Positions 61,063-64,000 of a DNA stretch of 64,000 bases are shown one piece after another (within the stretch, counting starts at the first letter, position 1; each line of letters opens with the position of its first letter). Source of the stretch: an uncultured Chloroflexia bacterium (GTDB lineage: Bacteria > Chloroflexota > Dehalococcoidia > UBA2979); the NCBI GenBank assembly GCA_963728205.1, contig CAVSIV010000006.1:1344001-1408000 (forward strand), read 5' to 3'. The notes beneath the pieces are model-generated. The model searched no databases, was not told the DNA's origin, and saw nothing but the letters and a program-made list of their open reading frames with translations. Made by a program: the position numbers and the translations under genes.

Positions 61063-61224
61063 CGGCGCACGCCGTCCCGTCCGCGCCCCGCCCGCTGCGG
61101 CTCCGGCGAATCGGCACGGCGCGCCGCCCTTCTCGGGACATCGCCCCCATACGACCCGGGAACTCCCTCATACGGACCAACCAGCCCCGTACCTAATCTC
61201 GGGATGCACCGGGAGGGGCTGGGC

Positions 61225-62896
61225 TTGGACCGATACGTGCGCCGTGTGATCGAGGTCTGGAGCGACCTCTCCCCCGTGCGCAAGGGGATGCTCACCGCGA
61301 CCGCTATCGGACTGGTCGCCCTCCTCGTCTTCTTCTTCTCCTGGTCCTCCCACACCACGTACATGCCGCTCTACACCGACCTCTCCTCGGCCGACAGCGG
61401 CGCGATCACCAGCCAGCTCTCGTCGCAGGGCGTGCCTTACCAGCTGACCGCCGGCGGCGCGACGATCCTCGTTCCCGAGAAGCAGGTCGACCAGCTGCGC
61501 GTGAACTTCGCGTCCCAGGGCCTGCCCCAGGGCGGTCACGTCGGCTTCGAGATCTTCAACGGCAACTCGCTCACCGCCACCGACTTCGTCCAGAAGATCA
61601 ACTTCCAGCGTGGGCTCGAGGGCGAGCTCGAGCGCACCATCGAGACCTTCTCCGCCGTCGACCACTCGCGGGTGCACCTCGTGCTCCCGCAGCAGTCGCT
61701 CTTCAAGAACGACCAGCAGCCGACCACCGCGTCGGTCGTGCTGCAGCTGCACCCCGGCCGCCAGCTCGCCGACAACGAGGTGAACGGCATCGCGCTGCTG
61801 GTGTCGGACGCCGTCGAGGGCCTCGACAAGAAGAACATCACCGTGCTCGACACGGCCGGCTCGATTCTCTACGACGGCACCGACGCCGCCGGCAGCGGCT
61901 TCGGCGCGACGGCGCACCAGCTCGACCTCCAGCACCAGTACGAGCAGTCGATCCAGCGCGACATCCAGTCGACGCTCGACCAGGCGCTCGGCCCGGGCAA
62001 GGCGCTCGTCACGGTGCGCGCGCTGCTCGGCTTCGACCAGGTGCAGACGCAGAGCGAGACCTACACCCCGGTCACGGTGACGCCGGCGGCTGGGGCCACC
62101 GCCGCGGCCGGCACGTCGACGACCCCGGCCGGCGTGGCCGTGTCCTCGACGAACACGACCGAGACCTACACGACGAACGGCAACGGGACGACCGGCGCCG
62201 CCCCGGGCGCCGTCGCGAACGTCCCCGGCGCGAACGCCTCGCTGCCGTCGACCGTCACGGCCGGCGCGAGCACCGCTGCCTCCACGAGCTACCAGCGCAG
62301 CGACACCACGTCGAACTACGACGTGAACAAGACGACCACGAGCACCGTGGCCGCGACCGGCGACCTCAAGCGCCTCTCCGTCTCGCTGCTGCTCGACGAC
62401 ACCGTGACCGACGCGCAGGCGACGGCGCTGGAGAAGACCGTCTCCGCCGCCGCGGGCATCGACACCACGCGCGGCGACACCGTCGTCGTGAACAGGGTGC
62501 CGTTCGACCACAGCGCCGTCGACGCCGCGAACGCGGCGTTCAAGTCGGAGGCCGCGACCAACCAGCTGCTGAGCTACGTGCGGCTCGGCCTGCCCGTGCT
62601 GATGCTGCTGGTCGGCTTCATCTTCTTCCGCCTGCTGATGCGGTCGGTCAGCCGCCGCGCCTACCGCGTCTACGCGCCGGGCGAGTACCCGCAGGGCATG
62701 GCGCAGCTCCCGGCCGGCGCCGGCCCCGCGGACCAGGCGGCCTTCGCGCTGGCGCAGGCGGCGAACGCGCGCGGCCTGCCGGAGCCCGACGTCGACATCA
62801 AGAAGAGCGATTCTCGAGATCCAGGTCGAACGGCTGGCCACCGGCCACCCGGAGACCGTCGCCGAGGTCGTCCAGTCCTGGCTGCGTGAGGACTAG
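61225..62896 (+). CDS. fliF: Flagellar MS-ring protein; 1-bp insertion near 62810
   Basis: GFEIF, QRGLEGELERTI, RVHLVLPQQSLF, TASVVL; PETVAEVVQSWLRED* in the shifted frame. Confidence 0.93.
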
Positions 62897-62904
62897 CGCC
62901 CACC

Positions 62905-63954
62905 ATGCCTGATGCCGCAGCGATCCGCCGGCTCGGCCCGAACGCGATGGCGACCCAGCGCGGGCGCAAGCGCGCCGCTGCGCTGCTGATTGCGCTCGGC
63001 CCGGAGCTCGCCGCCGAGATCCTGCGCGAGATGCCCGAGGAGGACATCGGGCGGCTGACGTGGGAGATCGTCGGCATCGGCCAGCTCTCCGCCCAGGAGC
63101 GCGAGGAGATCCTCCACCACTTCTACGAGACCGCGCTGGGGCGCGACTTCGTCTCCGTCGGCGGTCTCGAGTACGCGCAGGAGATGCTCGAGAAGGCGGT
63201 CGGCAAGGACCGCGCCGAGGAGATCACCTCGCGCCTCGGCAAGCACGCCGGCTCGAAGCCGTTCACGTTCCTCCAGCAGGTCGACGCCAACGACCTCATC
63301 AACTTCCTGCAGGCCGAGCACCCGCAGGTCGTCGCGCTGATCATGGCCTACCTCCCGGGCGAGGTGGCCTCCGAGATCCTGAGCAACCTGCGCGAGGAGA
63401 TCCAGGCCGAGGTCTCGGTCCGCCTCGCGCTGATGGAGCGCACCTCGCCCGACGTCATCCAGGACGTCGAGGAGGTGCTGCGCACGCGCCTCGGCACGAT
63501 CTTCGCGCCGCGCTCCGACGTGCAGGCCGCCGGCGGCGTCGACTCCGTGGTCGAGCTGCTGCGCCGCGTCGATCTCGCGACCGAGAAAGCGATCCTCGAC
63601 GGCCTCGAGCGCGCCGACCCGGAGGTCGCGAACGAGGTGCGCAAGCGGATGTTCGTCTTCGAGAACATCACGCTGCTCGACGACCGCTCGATCCAGCGCG
63701 TGCTGCGCGAGATCGACAGCCGGGATCTGTCGATGGCGCTCAAGGGGGCCTCGCCGGAGGTCAAGGAGCGCATCGTCCGCAACATGTCCGAGCGCGCCGG
63801 AAAGATGCTCCAGGAGGACATCGACGCGATGGGCCCGGTGCGCATGCGCCAGGTCGAAGAATCGCAGGGCCGCGTGGTCGCGGTGATCCGCCGCCTCGAG
63901 GAGGCCGAGGAGATCTTCGTGATGCGCGGCGGCGAGGACGACCTCCTTGTCTAA
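62905..63954 (+). CDS. fliG: Flagellar motor switch protein
   Basis: GGLEYA, EHPQ, GGVD, MFVFE, NMSERA, MGPVR. Confidence 0.95.
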   Translation: MPDAAAIRRLGPNAMATQRGRKRAAALLIALGPELAAEILREMPEEDIGRLTWEIVGIGQLSAQEREEILHHFYETALGRDFVSVGGLEYAQEMLEKAVGKDRAEEITSRLGKHAGSKPFTFLQQVDANDLINFLQAEHPQVVALIMAYLPGEVASEILSNLREEIQAEVSVRLALMERTSPDVIQDVEEVLRTRLGTIFAPRSDVQAAGGVDSVVELLRRVDLATEKAILDGLERADPEVANEVRKRMFVFENITLLDDRSIQRVLREIDSRDLSMALKGASPEVKERIVRNMSERAGKMLQEDIDAMGPVRMRQVEESQGRVVAVIRRLEEAEEIFVMRGGEDDLLV

Positions 63955-64000
63955 CCACGTGTTCCGCTACCTGCGCGCGTCGCGGCGCTCCTCCGAGATC
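63947..64000 (+). CDS. Start of probable FliH (partial)
   Basis: TTG start overlapping the fliG end (MSNHVFRY...); assignment by synteny only. Confidence 0.35.
   Translation, partial: MSNHVFRYLRASRRSSEI

Overview
High-GC bacterial chromosome segment. Sortase, SipW/TasA-like genes and a flagellar cluster suggest a flagellated monoderm, possibly Chloroflexota/Dehalococcoidia; this is inference from gene content only. Scattered 1-bp frameshifts suggest long-read errors. In order the window holds: the end of a PBP1C-like gene and an alpha-2-macroglobulin lacking the thioester motif; a Cys-rich sortase-type surface protein; a YCII/ECF42 pair; and a lower-GC island (~14.3-21.1 kb) with mobile mystery proteins A/B, a second Fic gene, a heavily frameshifted Abi/UG-type reverse transcriptase and a divergent DUF6932-like nucleotidyltransferase operon. 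Metabolic and housekeeping genes follow, then a SipW-TasA-FN3 locus interrupted by a RAYT/IS200-type transposase and followed by a candidate structured RNA. The right part has four flagellins (three with sigma-28 promoters and CsrA-type hairpins), tRNA-His, and flaG-fliD-fliS-fliT-sortase-flgM-fliF-fliG. Two REP-like palindrome families are dispersed through the window, including a 9 x 49-bp tandem array. The best candidates for new biology are the RT plus nucleotidyltransferase island, the RAYT/REP system and the ~280-nt structured RNA.
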